Of a DNA stretch of 62,625 nt, positions 62,436 through 62,625 are shown piece by piece; within the stretch, counting starts at the first letter, position 1, and every line of letters begins with the position of its first letter. The notes beneath the pieces are model-generated. The model was given only the letters and a program-made list of their open reading frames with translations. It did not search any database and had not been told where the DNA came from. Source of the stretch: Candidatus Dormiibacterota bacterium (GTDB lineage: Bacteria; Chloroflexota; Dormibacteria; DASZGP01); the NCBI GenBank assembly GCA_049644325.1, contig JBARRR010000103.1, positions 1 to 62,625 of the forward strand, in the 5' to 3' direction. A program made the translations under genes and the position numbers.

Positions 62436-62625
62436 ATGCGGTGGTGGAAATTGGCAGCGCTCGCGACAGCGGGCATCATGCTGCTGGCGGCCTGCGGAAG
62501 CAGCAGCAGCAGCAGCGGTGGCAGCGCCGCGGGTAAGAAGATCGCGCTTCTGCTACCCGAGACCAAGACGGCGCGCTACGAGAGCAAGGACCGGCCCCTG
62601 TTCACCCAGGCGGTCAAGGACAAGT
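62436..62625 (+). CDS. Sugar ABC transporter substrate-binding lipoprotein, 5' part; continues beyond the window
   Basis: RBS GAGGAGG, then MRWWKLAALATAGIMLLAAC (lipobox LAAC), a poly-Ser linker, and KKIALLLPETKTARYESKDRPLF, typical of periplasmic-binding-protein type 1 sugar binders. Confidence 0.75.
   Translation, partial: MRWWKLAALATAGIMLLAACGSSSSSSGGSAAGKKIALLLPETKTARYESKDRPLFTQAVKDK

Noticed and set aside
1-62625. Scan for CRISPR arrays, tRNA/rRNA genes, transposases, integrases, phage genes and classical defence genes
   Set aside because: I saw no regularly spaced direct repeats outside coding low-complexity regions. No intergenic gap is long enough for an rRNA, and none has tRNA-like features. 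No DDE, tyrosine or serine recombinase motifs appear in any credible ORF.

Overview
High-GC bacterial chromosomal segment (roughly two-thirds to 70% G+C by eye, not computed). It is tightly packed, with about 57 supportable CDS, and many neighbouring genes share 1-4 nt start/stop overlaps (ATGA, GTGA, TGATG). I found no rRNA, tRNA, CRISPR array, transposase or integrase. Gene content suggests a monoderm, F420-using lineage such as Actinomycetota or Chloroflexota: Lhr helicase, a deazaflavin-dependent nitroreductase, a PIG-L deacetylase, a secretin-less Tad locus and an LPxTG-like sorting signal. This placement is inference only. Most of the window is housekeeping. In order: ThyX-like (partial), NUDIX, a mini TGT-like protein, queG, rhodanese-MoeB, pepA, trxB, a PIG-L deacetylase and flippase, folE, PPIase, a 1390-aa S8/FG-GAP surface protease, macro domain, GH15, AlkA, a hydrolase-cyclase fusion, AKR, DDN, lhr, HtrA, a TPP riboswitch with cytX-thiD, an M23 peptidase, a sulfate-assimilation/siroheme cluster (sirC-like, cysC-sat fusion, sir, cysH, cobA), gad, acyl-CoA ligase, SDR, an orphan encapsulated-ferritin-like gene, a DEAD-box helicase and a sugar ABC binding protein (partial). 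The main accessory block is an 11.9-kb, 12-gene co-directional locus at 43046-54955. It is a secretin-less Tad/Flp pilus system that opens with a Hanks Ser/Thr kinase carrying seven tandem 'DET(M/V)V(R/Q)P' repeats and closes with an FHA/B-box zinc-finger protein. It also contains a 708-aa TadG-like protein whose C-terminal ~550 aa I cannot assign to any family. Other notable items: (1) a thioredoxin-fold gene split by the ORF caller at an in-frame TGA exactly at the redox-Cys position (W-A-S-W-[TGA]-G-C), a probable selenoprotein; (2) a 48-aa Fpg/Nei-type zinc-ribbon ORF coupled by GTGA overlap to the lhr stop; (3) a truncated TGT-like protein next to queG. Many long ORFs in the track are antisense shadows typical of high-GC DNA, and I rejected them.
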